The notes beneath the pieces were generated by a model. The model saw nothing but the letters and a program-made list of their open reading frames with translations. It had not been told where the DNA came from and made no database searches. A stretch of 63,962 bases of DNA, filler included, from Licmophora abbreviata (taxonomy: Eukaryota): assembly GCA_900291995.1 (NCBI GenBank). It is 7 parts of 7 records of this genome, joined end to end, with 100 filler letters (N's around TTAATTAATTAA, not from the genome) between each part and the next. Parts side by side here need not be neighbours in the genome. Positions count along the whole stretch, not along the records: positions 1 to 17,329 come from OLMU01000183.1; positions 17,430 to 35,710 come from OLMU01000184.1; 5 more parts are not named here. One strand, 5' to 3'. Shown piece by piece: positions 13,012-24,254 of the stretch (its first letter is position 1; every line of letters begins with the position of its first letter). The position numbers and the translations under genes are program-made.

Positions 13012-13519
13012 TGGACGACTGTCGACAACAAAAAACAGTTTTCAACCGTTTCTGTTTCCCGAAATCTGCGAAAATACATGGTGCACTAGAGAGAGAGACA
13101 CTGCAGCTGATCACCGCACGTGATCTGTCAAGTTCAGACTGGCTTCGTCATGGTCACGACGGTCATATTCAGACTGCCATCATCAATTCCAACACATCAC
13201 ATTCCAGGTCGATACCGTGGCGCGCCTTCGAGGGACGAGAACCCCAAACGTGAGAATAATAAGCCTCATTGCCAAATACAATAGAATGTATCCAACGCCA
13301 CACTTCGACGTTTTGTATCGACTCATCTTCGAATTGATATTCGTCATGTATTTCCTAAATAACGGAGCTTCGTGACGACAGACAGACACATCGGACATCG
13401 TCCTCGCCACTCGCCACAATGGTGACGCCTAGACTAACCGGGTACAATAGCATGACATTGACGGGTGTATCTCTTCTAGAAAAGATTATACTCCGTAGGT
13501 ACTAAGGAAGCAGCCACCG

Positions 13520-15472
13520 ATGAAGAGAAGAGGCTACTCGTTCATGAGCAAGACGACTCCGCCTCCGACTGCGAACAGTCATCGAACAAGCATCGCGGCG
13601 CCTGCCGATGATCCTCGAACGCCGTCCCAGCTCTCTTCCTCTTCGTTTGGATTCAGTCAGGACTTCAACAGCACTAGTTACGACGATGAATCATCGTGGG
13701 AAGTGCCTACAGTCGAAAAAGAACATGGTGATCGCTACAACTACGCTCTCTTGATTGCGCTCTACACCATGCAAGGGATTCCAATGGGTCTGTCAGCGTC
13801 CATACCATTTCTCATTCAACAAAAGATAAAACTGATTGCCGAGGCAGCAGCCTCGTCGGCGACGGAAGTCATTGCGTCCAGTGCAGCTGCATCTCGACTG
13901 TCGTACAACGCTAATGCCATTTTTGCGCTGTGTTCGTGGCCATTTTCCTTCAAACTTCTCTGGGCACCGATTGTCGATGCTGTGTTTTTTCGTCAGTTTG
14001 GTCGTCGCAAGAGTTGGCTCGTACCAGTGCAGACTCTGGCGGGGGCCATCATGATTGGAGGTTCCAATTTTGTCGAGCGACAGTTGGGACTCGGTGGATC
14101 TGACGGAGTGGTCGCAATGGCGGAGCAGACGTCATCATCCCATCTGCCGGCGGTACCCGCTTCCATGAATGTCAAAGGCGTGACGGCCTTCTTTTTTGTT
14201 CTCTACTTTCTCATGGCGACTCAAGATATTGCCGTCGACGGCTGGGCATTGACCATGCTATCCAAAAAGAACCGCGGTCGGGGACCGATCTGCAACAGCA
14301 TAGGTCAAAACATTGGCTATTTTTTGAGTTTTGTCGGCTTTCTCGCCTTGAACGATGCCGAAAGTAGTGAGATGCTCTGGCGCCCGTTGCTTGGCTTGAA
14401 GAGTCGTCCAGGCGTAGGGTTGGTCTCGCTTGGGGGATTTATAAAATTCATGGGCATCTTTATGCTGCTCATTACGACGCTTGTCGCCATCTTCAAACGG
14501 GAGAACGCATCGCCACCGAAGATCAATTCAGCTTCATCGGTGTCATCCTCTGTCACGGAGGCACTCATGATGACCGACCGCAATAGCAACTCAGCTGACG
14601 ATCAGGTGGAAGATGGAGAGCTAGACGCATCTGAGCTCGGTCTGAGGGAGACATATCATCGTCTTTGGGCTGCATGTCAATTGCACTCGGTCCGTTGGCT
14701 GTTCCTCGTGCTCTTCACGTACCGACTTCCAACTGCGCTCAGCGACAATGTTAAGTTTTTAAAGGCCGTCGAACTGGGTCTTTCCAAATCGACGACAGCA
14801 CTGCTGTCGCCGACGCTCATTCTTCCGTTGGGTATTCTGGTCCCATTGGTTGCCGCCAAAGTGTGGCACGGTCATCCGTTACGACAGTTCATGACTGCGT
14901 ACAAACTACGCGTCACACTTGTTCCTATTCTTGACTTTCTCATGCTATGGGCAGTTAAGAAAGGCCGCGGTGGAACTTGGTCATCCTTGGGGATATTTTG
15001 GTTGACAATCGTGGCCTCGACAGGTATGCAGGCAGTCGTGAACAGCTTGCAATTCAACGCGCAAATGACCTTTTTTGCCAGTCGCGTGGATCCAGCCATT
15101 GGTGGCTCGTACATGACCCTACTGAATACAGCGGCGAATCTGGGTGGCACATGGCCAGCAAGCGCTGTCATGTGGCTGGTGGGCCGACTGACGGTGCCAC
15201 CCGATTGCCATGTCGATGGCGATACTGGAATGCAGGTTTGTACAGGCGGTCGTGATGGGTACTTTCCATTGCAGGCAGTGTTTAGCGTGTTGGGGTGCGC
15301 ATGGATTCTGCTCCTGGGCAGACGCGTGCAGACGATTGCACAACTGCCCGACGATGCCTGGCGTACTCACTTGCTGGACTCGGATGAGCTAGTATCCACG
15401 ACGGCGAACGACGAGGAGGAAGGTATGGAAATCGGGGAGTCCATTTTGTGGAAGAATGAGAAACGAGAGTAG
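13520..15472 (+). CDS. SLC33A1: Acetyl-CoA transporter AT-1 (SLC33A1 family, MFS)
   Basis: Motifs LYTMQGIPMGL, WPFSFKLLWAPIVDA, FGRRKSWLVPVQ, ATQDIAVDGWALTMLS and DPAIGGSYMTLLNTAANLGGTWP. Confidence 0.92.
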   Translation: MKRRGYSFMSKTTPPPTANSHRTSIAAPADDPRTPSQLSSSSFGFSQDFNSTSYDDESSWEVPTVEKEHGDRYNYALLIALYTMQGIPMGLSASIPFLIQQKIKLIAEAAASSATEVIASSAAASRLSYNANAIFALCSWPFSFKLLWAPIVDAVFFRQFGRRKSWLVPVQTLAGAIMIGGSNFVERQLGLGGSDGVVAMAEQTSSSHLPAVPASMNVKGVTAFFFVLYFLMATQDIAVDGWALTMLSKKNRGRGPICNSIGQNIGYFLSFVGFLALNDAESSEMLWRPLLGLKSRPGVGLVSLGGFIKFMGIFMLLITTLVAIFKRENASPPKINSASSVSSSVTEALMMTDRNSNSADDQVEDGELDASELGLRETYHRLWAACQLHSVRWLFLVLFTYRLPTALSDNVKFLKAVELGLSKSTTALLSPTLILPLGILVPLVAAKVWHGHPLRQFMTAYKLRVTLVPILDFLMLWAVKKGRGGTWSSLGIFWLTIVASTGMQAVVNSLQFNAQMTFFASRVDPAIGGSYMTLLNTAANLGGTWPASAVMWLVGRLTVPPDCHVDGDTGMQVCTGGRDGYFPLQAVFSVLGCAWILLLGRRVQTIAQLPDDAWRTHLLDSDELVSTTANDEEEGMEIGESILWKNEKRE

Positions 15473-15703
15473 GACTGTGTGGAAGGAGGCGTCCAGTGTA
15501 TGTGGTGTCATTCGCACAATAAAACCAAATAATAGAGACTATGTTTAATAGATGATGCAGAGTCTGGATTGAAATGCAAGCAGCGTAGTGCGTGTCGACT
15601 CCTCGCTATCGACGCGATGATTAGTTAGTCGTCTTCCTTCCATTCATCCCGTAGATAACGAACAATGCTACACTCCTTCGTTACCGCTTTCCCACCGCCC
15701 CCT

Positions 15704-16217
15704 TTACTCTTCTTCGGGCAAGCTGAAAGGACTTTTTCCGAACATGTTCAGTATCTGAACAAGAGACGAACCGACGACGACAAAGAGAAAGAAGGCAATG
15801 AGCCCCTTGCTGACAGGGAACTCGTCCTCGTGTTCAGCAGCCTTTCCGATGGGAACACTTCCTCGTTTCGTCACGTTCTTTTCAAACTTGGCGCTGCGGT
15901 TGCGAATGTTGCGTGGGAGAGGCTGCGAAAACGCGACATGGGTTGAGAGAATATGTAAGAGACATTATTGAATATTGAGCGACCCATCGAGGTATTACTG
16001 TGACTGTGGTCTTATTGAATGCTGTTAGAACCCTTTGTCGCAAGCCATGGCATCCTGAGAATATCAAGTTCTTAGTTCCCATAGCATGGCGATAAAAACA
16101 CAGAAAGCTCCAGACGCGTCCATCGAGCCCCAGCACTTCGATGTCGACCGAGGTCACAGCAGCAAGATGCGTGTGGATCATCACCATCAATCGTCATTTT
16201 TGAGTCTTTCTCACCAT
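15704..16217 (-). CDS. SERP1: SERP1/RAMP4 stress-associated ER protein, 73 aa (ATG-only first coding exon; intron 16214-15923)
   Basis: Not in the ORF track. AAAAAATG|GTGAGA...TTTCGCAG|CCT gives MPLPRNIRNRSAKFEKNVTKRGSVP...FPVSKGLIAFFLFVVVGSSLVQIL, matching the RAMP4 signature F.KNV.KRG.V plus LFVV.GS...QI. Confidence 0.85.
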
Positions 16218-16570
16218 TTTTTCACCTCAGTTACTTCAGTAGCTACAGAGATATACGTCAAGAGAGTAAGGAGCGTTCGAAAGCAGCAAAGCAAGCGTAA
16301 GATGAAGCTTTGGCGAGACAGATTACAACAGCAGCGATGTGCAGTGTGTGTGGCGTTTTTGTGGTGAGGGCGGCTGACGGCGCAGTCACGCTCGTGAGTC
16401 AATGACCACCAATGACCCGTCTGATCGTGCCCCGCACCAACTCACGGAAGCGCTCTCCGCCACTCATTACTTCTTTCCTGGCATTCGGACAGACGCCGAG
16501 CGCGCCAAAAAAGCAACGTCAGCTTCTATTTCCACACAATGCAAACACAACATCATCGCGACCACAACGA

Positions 16571-18171
16571 ATGAGACGGATTGCTCGATGGTGCTTGGTT
16601 TGTCTCGGTCTTCGACTTAGCTTTGCGTTCCACATTCATTGCAATCGCAGAGCTCCTTCGAATCTAATTTCAACAACGATGAGCGCCGCACAGGAAGAAA
16701 AGAAGCAGAATGGTGACATTCACGCTCCTATGCTAACGCCGCTAGATCCCAAGGATGTTTCGCTCGAAATCAAAGATCCCGTTGACCCCGAGGCCCTCGA
16801 ACAAGCCAAGGCGATTCTTGAACAACTAAGACCCACCGGAACTGGAAACGTGAGTGCAGATGAGCTCGTCAAGGTTGCACAGCGTCTTGGAGACATACCT
16901 GCCGGCTCGACCGGCTTGATCAAGACCAAGGAAGAGTGCAAGGCAGCCTTTGATGCCTTGACGAAAGAAGAGCGAACCGCTCTAGTCAATATTCACACTC
17001 GCATCAAAACATTTGCCGAAGCTCAGCGCATGTCAGTACAAGACACTGAAATCGATATTCCAGGAGGCAAGGCTGGCCACACTGTCAGTCCTTGCAAGGC
17101 AGCCGGCTGTTATGCTCCCGGAGGTCGATATCCACTGCCATCGTCGGTCCTCATGACGGCCGTGACGGCACGAGCGGCTGGGTGCGACAATGTGGTGCTT
17201 GCCAGTCCTCGTCCCGCTCCCATTACGCTCGCTGCGGCGCACATTGCCAACGTCGACATTATGTTGTGCATCGGAGGTGCTCAGGCCGTGGCCTGCATGG
17301 CGTACGGGGTCCCCTCGCTCGGTGTACAGNNNNNNNNNNNNNNNNNNNNNNNNNNNNNNNNNNNNNNNNNNNNTTAATTAATTAANNNNNNNNNNNNNNN
17401 NNNNNNNNNNNNNNNNNNNNNNNNNNNNNCCCCTCGCTCGGTGTACAGTCGTGCGACGTGATTGTCGGCCCGGGGAACAAGTGGGTTACGGCTGCCAAGT
17501 CGCTGGTCAGTGGTCACTGTGGTATTGACATGCTGGCGGGTCCATCGGAAGTATTGGTCATTTGTGATGAGACGGCAAACGCCGAGATTGTTGCGGCCGA
17601 TCTCATTGCCCAAGCCGAGCACGATGTCGTCGCTCGTGCAATTCTTCTATCCACAAGTGAGCCCATGATTCAGCAAGTGGATCAGTATGTAGCGTCGCAG
17701 ATTGCCGCGCTCCCGGAGCCAAATCAGTCCACTGCCAGGGAGGCCCTCAGGCAGAGTTTCGCGGTGCACTGCGCTACCATTGAGCAGTGCGTAGCTATTT
17801 CCGATGACATTGCACCGGAGCACTTGGAGATCCAGACCAAGGATGCCTGGCAAGTTGCGAAAGCGTGTGGAAACTACGGTGGACTCTTTGTGGGGGAGCA
17901 TGCCGCGGAAGTATTGGGAGACTACGGTGCGGGTCCGAATCATACGTTACCCACGGGAGGAACTGGTCGTTACACCGGCGGCTTGAGCGTGTTTAACTTT
18001 CTGCGCATTCGAACATGGATGAGGATTGACAAGCAAGAAGACAGTCAAGCCATGGTGGATGATAGTATCACGATGGCTCGTCTGGAAGGACTGGAGGGTC
18101 ATGCACGGGCGGCGGAAGCGCGCAGTCTAACAAAGACACCGGCTTACAAGAAAGCGAAGACCGCGGAGTGA
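16571..18171 (+). CDS. hisD: Histidinol dehydrogenase (spans a false gap; alternative start at 16679)
   Basis: Motifs GCYAPGGRYPLPSSVLM, IVGPGNKWVTAAK, GIDMLAGPSEV, QAEHD, APEHLEI and GDYGAGPNHTLPTGG. The gap flanks overlap by 19 nt and join in frame. Confidence 0.95.
17330..17429. other. Scaffold spacer (44N-TTAATTAATTAA-44N); false gap
   Basis: 17311-17329 is repeated at 17430-17448. Confidence 0.97.
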
Positions 18172-18222
18172 GAACAGGCTCGATTAATTAGATTTTCTTT
18201 TCATCGTCTTTATTCGACACAA

Positions 18223-20744
18223 TTATGCTGTGACTTCTTCCTTCGCCCAGAAGCCAGCTTCAGGGTACATTGGGACAAGATCTGGAACCTTCATGGCAGC
18301 GCCGTCCAGCCACGGGAAATTTTCCGAGCGGTCCTTCTCAAATGACGCAATCTTGTTTTCCTTTTCCATGGTCAGTCCAATCTTGTCCAAGCCCTTGACC
18401 AAACAGTTCTTCTTGAAAGCGTCGATCTCGAATGCGAATTCTTCCCCGTTCGGTCTGATTACCTTCTGGCCAACCAGGTCCACCGTGATCTCCGTTCCCG
18501 GCGTGGCAGCGTCCTCCAGGAGCGCCTCGACTTGGTCTCGTGGAAGGGTCACTGGCAGCATACCATTGTTGAAACAGTTATTGTAAAAGATATCCGCAAA
18601 TGAGGTACTGATAATGCAACGAATTCCCATATCGTCGATAGACCATGGAGCGTGCTCGCGGCTCGATCCGCATCCAAAGTTGTCACCGGCGATAAGAATC
18701 TCGGTCTTGCCGTTGTTGTACCCTTCTTTATTAAGTACGAAATCGGGTCGAATCTTCGCAACCTCCTCCCCAATGGTGGCAACCTCATCAGCATTTTCGT
18801 ATCGCAGCTCGGCAAATGCGGCAAATCCGAGACCGGAGCGCTTGATCGTCTTTAAGAACTCCTTGGGAATGATCATGTCAGTGTCCACATTCTGGATGTC
18901 AAGGGGCGCCGCAACTCCCGTCAAGGTCTCGAACTTGGGAAGACCTGACCCGCCAGTAGCCGAATCTGCATCTGAACTTTTCTCCTTGAGGTACGGCGGA
19001 ATCGGATTGATGATGGCTCCGGGAGACGAGAAGTTCTCGGTGCTAAAGACACGACTCGCAGACTCGTTCTTGCGAGGGTCTGACTTTCCTAGATACGGAA
19101 ACTTTCGCACGTCGGCAATTCCTCCACTGACGGCGGCAGCGGCAGCCATCGCCGGCGACATGAGATGAGTTCTTCCCCCGTTACCCTGGCGTCCCTCGAA
19201 GTTACGGTTGGAGGTAGAAGCACATCTCTCCTGCGGCTTGAGCTTGTCGGCGTTCATCGCGAGACACATAGAGCAACCTGGTTCTCTCCAATCAAAGCCA
19301 GCTTCCATTAAGATCTTGTCCAATCCTTCTTCTTCGGCCTGTTTCTTGACGAGACCAGATCCAGGCACTACCATGGCGTGAACGCCATCCGCGACCCTTC
19401 GTCCCTCAGCAATTGCAGCGACTGTGCGCATATCTTCGATGCGTCCATTTGTACACGATCCGATAAATACTTTTTCAATCGGCTCTCCCTCCATCGCTTG
19501 TCCCTCTTTGAGTCCAATGTACTCTAGGGAGCGTGTAATGGCAGCCTGTCGAGCGGCGTCGTGTCCCTCGGCAGCAATCATGGGGACAGTTCCAGTGACC
19601 GGAACGACATCTTGTGGGCTTGTACCCCACGTGACTGTAGGTGCAATCTCTTTGGCTTGTATGACAATGGTCGTATCGTATTTCGCTCCTTCGTCTGAAG
19701 CGAGAGACGCCCAATACTCGACGGCCTTGTCCCATTCTTTTCCGGTCGGACACATGGGACGCCCCTTGAGGTAGTCAAAGGTCACTTGATCGGGGGCAAT
19801 GACACCGGCTCGTGCTCCAGCTTCAATGGCCATGTTGGAAATGGACATGCGCGCCTCCATGGACAAGGACTGAATAGCGGATCCTCCGAATTCAATGGTG
19901 TAACCTGTTCCCCCAGCAGTACCAATAACTCCACAAATGTGCAGAATAATGTCCTTTGACGTGACACCGTCGGACAGTTCTCCATCAATACGGATCAGCA
20001 TGTTCTTGCCTTTGGTCTGTGGCAGAGTCTATACGAAACAAATATGCATTGAGCGCTTGGTGAGAACGATACACGAATGACGATACAATATCAGAGAGTC
20101 TAATGACGTACCTGCGTAGCAAGAACATGCTCGACCTCACTGGTTCCAATTCCAAACGCAAGAGCTCCAAAGGCTCCGTGTGTTGCCGTATGACTGTCGC
20201 CACAGACGGTGGTGCATCCTGGAAGAGTGAATCCTTGTTCCGGTCCAATAATGTGAACAATTCCCTGCCTTTCGTCGGCCATTCCAAAGTACTTGACACC
20301 AAAGTCTTTGACGTTCGTTTCCAGCTGCAAGACCTGCGTCCGAGACGCCGTTTCCTCAATAAAGGTCTGGACATCGACAAGCTCGGAACGATCGGTGGTA
20401 GGGACATTGTGATCGACGGTCGCCAGAGTGCAGTCAGGACGTCGAAGACCGCGTCCTGCGAGCCGAAGTCCTTCGAAGGCTTGTGGTGATGTGACTTCAT
20501 GAACCAAGTGACGATCGATGTAAATTAGCGAGGACATGCCGTCGTCGTCCACGAGATGGTCGTCCCAGATCTTGTCGTACAGCGTTCGAGCTGCGGACAA
20601 AGTTGGCACTCTCCCAGATTTCGCAGCGATTTTGCTGAAGGCAGGATACCGCGACGCCGGAACAAAGGCATTCGAGCCGCTCAGGAGCAGCAAGCAAGCT
20701 GTACTGGCAGCTAGAAGTGTCAGAGGGGAGCTGTGAAGCTTCAT
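18223..20744 (-). CDS. LEU1: 3-isopropylmalate dehydratase, fused LeuC-LeuD, plastid-targeted (intron 20111-20029)
   Basis: LeuC motifs [42 protein letters not shown] and [12 protein letters not shown]. LeuD motifs NVDTDMIIP and [13 protein letters not shown]. Bipartite presequence with SNA|FVP. Confidence 0.96.
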
Positions 20745-21111
20745 CGTGGTCCAAGGCGAGGCCTGTTTCAACAAAAGAACAGCAACTCGAGGCAACAACA
20801 GCAAGAGCACGCTCTAAATTGTGGCCATTGATGTCGCGAAGATCTTCGTCGCCTCTGCGCGCTCGAAAGACACGATGAGTTCTGTTCGCGTTTTCAGTAA
20901 ATGAACGGTCCTCAGCGTATGGAACTTGGAGATTCCCTTTTTTGGTAGAAAAGCAACACTGTGAACTAAGCCGAGTGGAATTTTGAATTTTAACAAAGAC
21001 GGAATCCTCGAATTTGCAATAGCGTGTTTTCTCAAAGGAACTTTTGAACCAAGATTCGTTTCGAGAAAGATTCTTTCAATTCTATCTCAAAAAAGCCATC
21101 ATCGAATCACC

Positions 21112-23781
21112 ATGGCGGGTCCGTCCTATGCTCGAGCAGCCCAGTCAGAAGAAGACGCCGAGACAGCCGCATCGCAGGATGGTATCGTACCAGCTCCGAA
21201 GGTTGATCAAGTCGCGGAACGTATCCAACAACAAAATCGGTTGCGGTTGATATGTGCACTCTTGACCTTCATGCTCGGCGCTGGATGTGTTGCAGCATGG
21301 ACTCAACGAGAGAGACTTGCTGCGGCAGGAATTTGGGGGGATTCGTTCGATACCGAGTCTTGGGCTTTCTCTTCTACCCTGACATCGCTCAACTTGGTGA
21401 CTTTGAGCGACCGAGGTCAATTCGGAAACGTCTTTGTAATTCCTCTTGGCCCCGACGAAAAGATCATCAAGCCGAATCCAAAACTGGGGGAGAGTCGATC
21501 TGTCTATCAAATAGGACTAGGGACTCTCAAGATGGCCGCGTCAGATTCACAAGGGATTCTTTGTCTGTGGAGAAAAAGTTTGTGGTGGATGAGACCATAC
21601 TGGATCACTTCGAGCTTGTCGGCGCTTCCACACGAAACTCTCTTGATGCTTGGCAAGGATGATCAAGACCCAGATGTCTATAGGCTCGTTCTAGCATTGA
21701 TACTGCCGGATAAAGATGGATTCACAACTGCTTCCTTTCAATCGAATTCAGTCAACGCATCGACTATTTCACTCTCGAGCGAGACTGGCGGCCACGTCGC
21801 ACTTTACGCTGGCAAAGGGCTGGATCCGTACGCCTTGCTTGCCGAGGGCGCCAGGTTTGGAAGTCAAATGGCGTCGCCTTACCAGAGAATACCTGACGCA
21901 AAACCAGCATCTACACTTAGTCGACTTCCATACTTTGCTCGCCATCTCGGATGGTGTACGTGGAATGCCTTCTATACCGATATCGACGGATCCAAACTTT
22001 CGGCTGGAGTTGCATCCTTGCAGGGCTCACACGTCCCAATTCGTTGGATGATTGTTGACGACGGGTGGCAGCATACTACCAACGACAGTAGAGCAGTCAT
22101 AATGAACCGAACCTTACGCCATCGACAGCGACTGTTCAAGCTCGACAGCTGCCCTGAGAAGTTTGGAGCAGATGGAGACGCCGACATTGAGCAGCTTTCG
22201 CTTCGGGAGACGATCCGGCAGCTCAAGTTGCCGCGAGATGAAGGCGGAGGAGGGATAAACTATGTGTTTGCATGGCATGCGATGCTTGGATACTGGCTGG
22301 GAGTCGACCCTGATCGAGACGAACTGAATGAAAAACGGCGACGCCCAGCTGCGACGTTGTACTATCCACATTTTTCAAAGGGGATCATGAAGACCATCGA
22401 AGGAACAGACTTTAGCATCACGCTCGGAGTGGGCGTCCCTGACGATGCGCATCGCTATCTTGGTGACTACTATGATTACATGCTCAAGGCGGGATTTGAT
22501 GGGGTGAAGACTGACGTACAGGCCAGGACGAGTCCGCTTCGACCTTTCACTACGGAGAAGGATGACCCCACATATCGACATCGACACCAGATTGGCGCTC
22601 GAATGCTCGAGTCGTTGTCTGAAAACGTCAAGAAGTTTTTAGGGGGCAGCAGTGCAGAGGAATCGGCAACTCCTGTGATACACTGTATGTCGCATGCCCC
22701 CGAGCACTTTTATCGCATTCCTTATCTGTTTGGGCCTCGACTACCGTTGCTCCGCGCAAGCGACGATTTCGATCCCACAAAGCCCGATTCGCATGGGCTC
22801 ATGATCGCGACGACTTCCTTCAACTCACTTCTTTTTGGTCACCTCGCGACACCAGATTGGGACATGTTTCAGACAGTGATATCTGACTTGGACGGTTTGC
22901 CGGGGCATGTGGCCTCTATATTCCATGCCATGGCTAGGTCCATCGCTGGCGGACCAGTCTATGTGAGCGACAAGCCAGAGTCAACGAACTCCACACTGTT
23001 ATCGTTGGTTGCGTGCAAGGATGGGACGCTCCTTCCGTGTTCCGAAGTCGGACGTCCTGTGAAATCATTGCTACTTCGGGATCCGCTCGTCGGGCCAGGT
23101 CCGCTGCTCGTATTCAACACCAACGGGATACCCGCTGGCGAGGTGACATCGGGTGTCGTCGGAGTCTTTCAGCTCGTGGATGGAAAAGACGAAACAATCA
23201 CTGTAAATGCATTGGATATTCCAGAGTTTCAACAATCGCAGTACGAGAACATAGCTTTCATAGCATTGTCATCCTCATCGCAGACTGCCTGGTTTCTTGG
23301 CGACCGGAGTTCTCAAATTGAAGTCGCAACGCACGGCTGGTTATGGAGTGATGTGATCACGTTTGTTCCCGTGATGACGGTGCAGCTCCAAAAGAGCGAC
23401 TTATTCTACGATCTTATCCCGCTTGGCATTCTGGGCATGTTCAATGGGGCGGGGGGCATCATTCGAAGCCGTTTGACAGCAGTATCCTCGAAAAAAGCCC
23501 GGGCTCGTCTATCGATCAGAGGGTGTGGGGAGTTTGGTCTCTTGGTAAGACTCAGAAATTCCGGGCACGAATGGGACAACCTTCCTTCACTTGTGCACGC
23601 CCAGATTGGTCACTCTTCGTTGGACTTGACGAGGGTACGTCTCGACAACTCCGACGCGTCACCTATTCGTGGCTTACAACGCGCTGGGCTGGAATTGATA
23701 TCCTTTGATGTCCCGTGCATCGATTCGGGCCCTCTCGACGAGCGTTGGATATCGTTCGACATGGAGTCAAGGCGCTCATAG
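21112..23781 (+). CDS. GH36 raffinose synthase/Sip1-family alpha-galactosidase with an N-terminal TM anchor
   Basis: Motifs LGWCTWNAFY, IVDDGWQ, WHAMLGYW, GVKTDVQ (nucleophile), RASDDF (acid/base), PDWDMFQ and GGPVYVSDKP. Likely ATG at 21112. Confidence 0.9.
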   Translation: MAGPSYARAAQSEEDAETAASQDGIVPAPKVDQVAERIQQQNRLRLICALLTFMLGAGCVAAWTQRERLAAAGIWGDSFDTESWAFSSTLTSLNLVTLSDRGQFGNVFVIPLGPDEKIIKPNPKLGESRSVYQIGLGTLKMAASDSQGILCLWRKSLWWMRPYWITSSLSALPHETLLMLGKDDQDPDVYRLVLALILPDKDGFTTASFQSNSVNASTISLSSETGGHVALYAGKGLDPYALLAEGARFGSQMASPYQRIPDAKPASTLSRLPYFARHLGWCTWNAFYTDIDGSKLSAGVASLQGSHVPIRWMIVDDGWQHTTNDSRAVIMNRTLRHRQRLFKLDSCPEKFGADGDADIEQLSLRETIRQLKLPRDEGGGGINYVFAWHAMLGYWLGVDPDRDELNEKRRRPAATLYYPHFSKGIMKTIEGTDFSITLGVGVPDDAHRYLGDYYDYMLKAGFDGVKTDVQARTSPLRPFTTEKDDPTYRHRHQIGARMLESLSENVKKFLGGSSAEESATPVIHCMSHAPEHFYRIPYLFGPRLPLLRASDDFDPTKPDSHGLMIATTSFNSLLFGHLATPDWDMFQTVISDLDGLPGHVASIFHAMARSIAGGPVYVSDKPESTNSTLLSLVACKDGTLLPCSEVGRPVKSLLLRDPLVGPGPLLVFNTNGIPAGEVTSGVVGVFQLVDGKDETITVNALDIPEFQQSQYENIAFIALSSSSQTAWFLGDRSSQIEVATHGWLWSDVITFVPVMTVQLQKSDLFYDLIPLGILGMFNGAGGIIRSRLTAVSSKKARARLSIRGCGEFGLLVRLRNSGHEWDNLPSLVHAQIGHSSLDLTRVRLDNSDASPIRGLQRAGLELISFDVPCIDSGPLDERWISFDMESRRS

Positions 23782-24254
23782 GTTGAGCGCGTATTGCTAA
23801 GTCATGGAAGGGGTGTAGGCTGTACTGAATAATTGTATGATGTCACTTCAGAGGGTCTCATAGTGTTGCAGAGCGTGAAATCTATAATCTACGAGTAGAA
23901 CCGATAATTTTAGCGTGACGAGAGTGATGGGTGCGCGCGCACTCATCAGAAAGGCTGCGATGCCATCACTACGAGCACAAAAGCACAACCCAATTCCTAT
24001 CATGCATTGTCGTTCAGGCCATAGCTTGACATTCGGAAATCATTGCGTCCGTCGCTTCAGCCTCGTTCATATCGGACGCAGCTGAGCCCTTAATGACGAG
24101 ACTAGCTCTGAAGAAGAAGAGCAACAAGAACAACAACACTTCATCATCACAAGTTTAGAAAGCAGTACGGGTACAGCAGTATAGCGGTAGTTGGACGCAG
24201 TCACCTCCGTGGGCTGAAATTTGCGTATGAGCTGCATCGATATAAAAAGTTATT

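Noticed and set aside
13130..13200. Minus-strand TGATGA...CTGA...TGACGA...CTGA resembling a C/D snoRNA
   Set aside because: Only 7 nt separate each box pair, no rRNA complement was recognised, and there is no terminal stem. More likely promoter TGAC-type motifs.
17374..17385. Recurrent TTAATTAATTAA palindrome (six copies) as a biological repeat or CRISPR-like unit
   Set aside because: It is always centred in a 100-nt N spacer, so it is an artificial six-frame stop linker.
18223..20744. LeuC-LeuD and DHFR-TS fusions as novelties
   Set aside because: Both are well-known eukaryotic fusions (fungal-type LEU1; DHFR-TS of plants and many protists).
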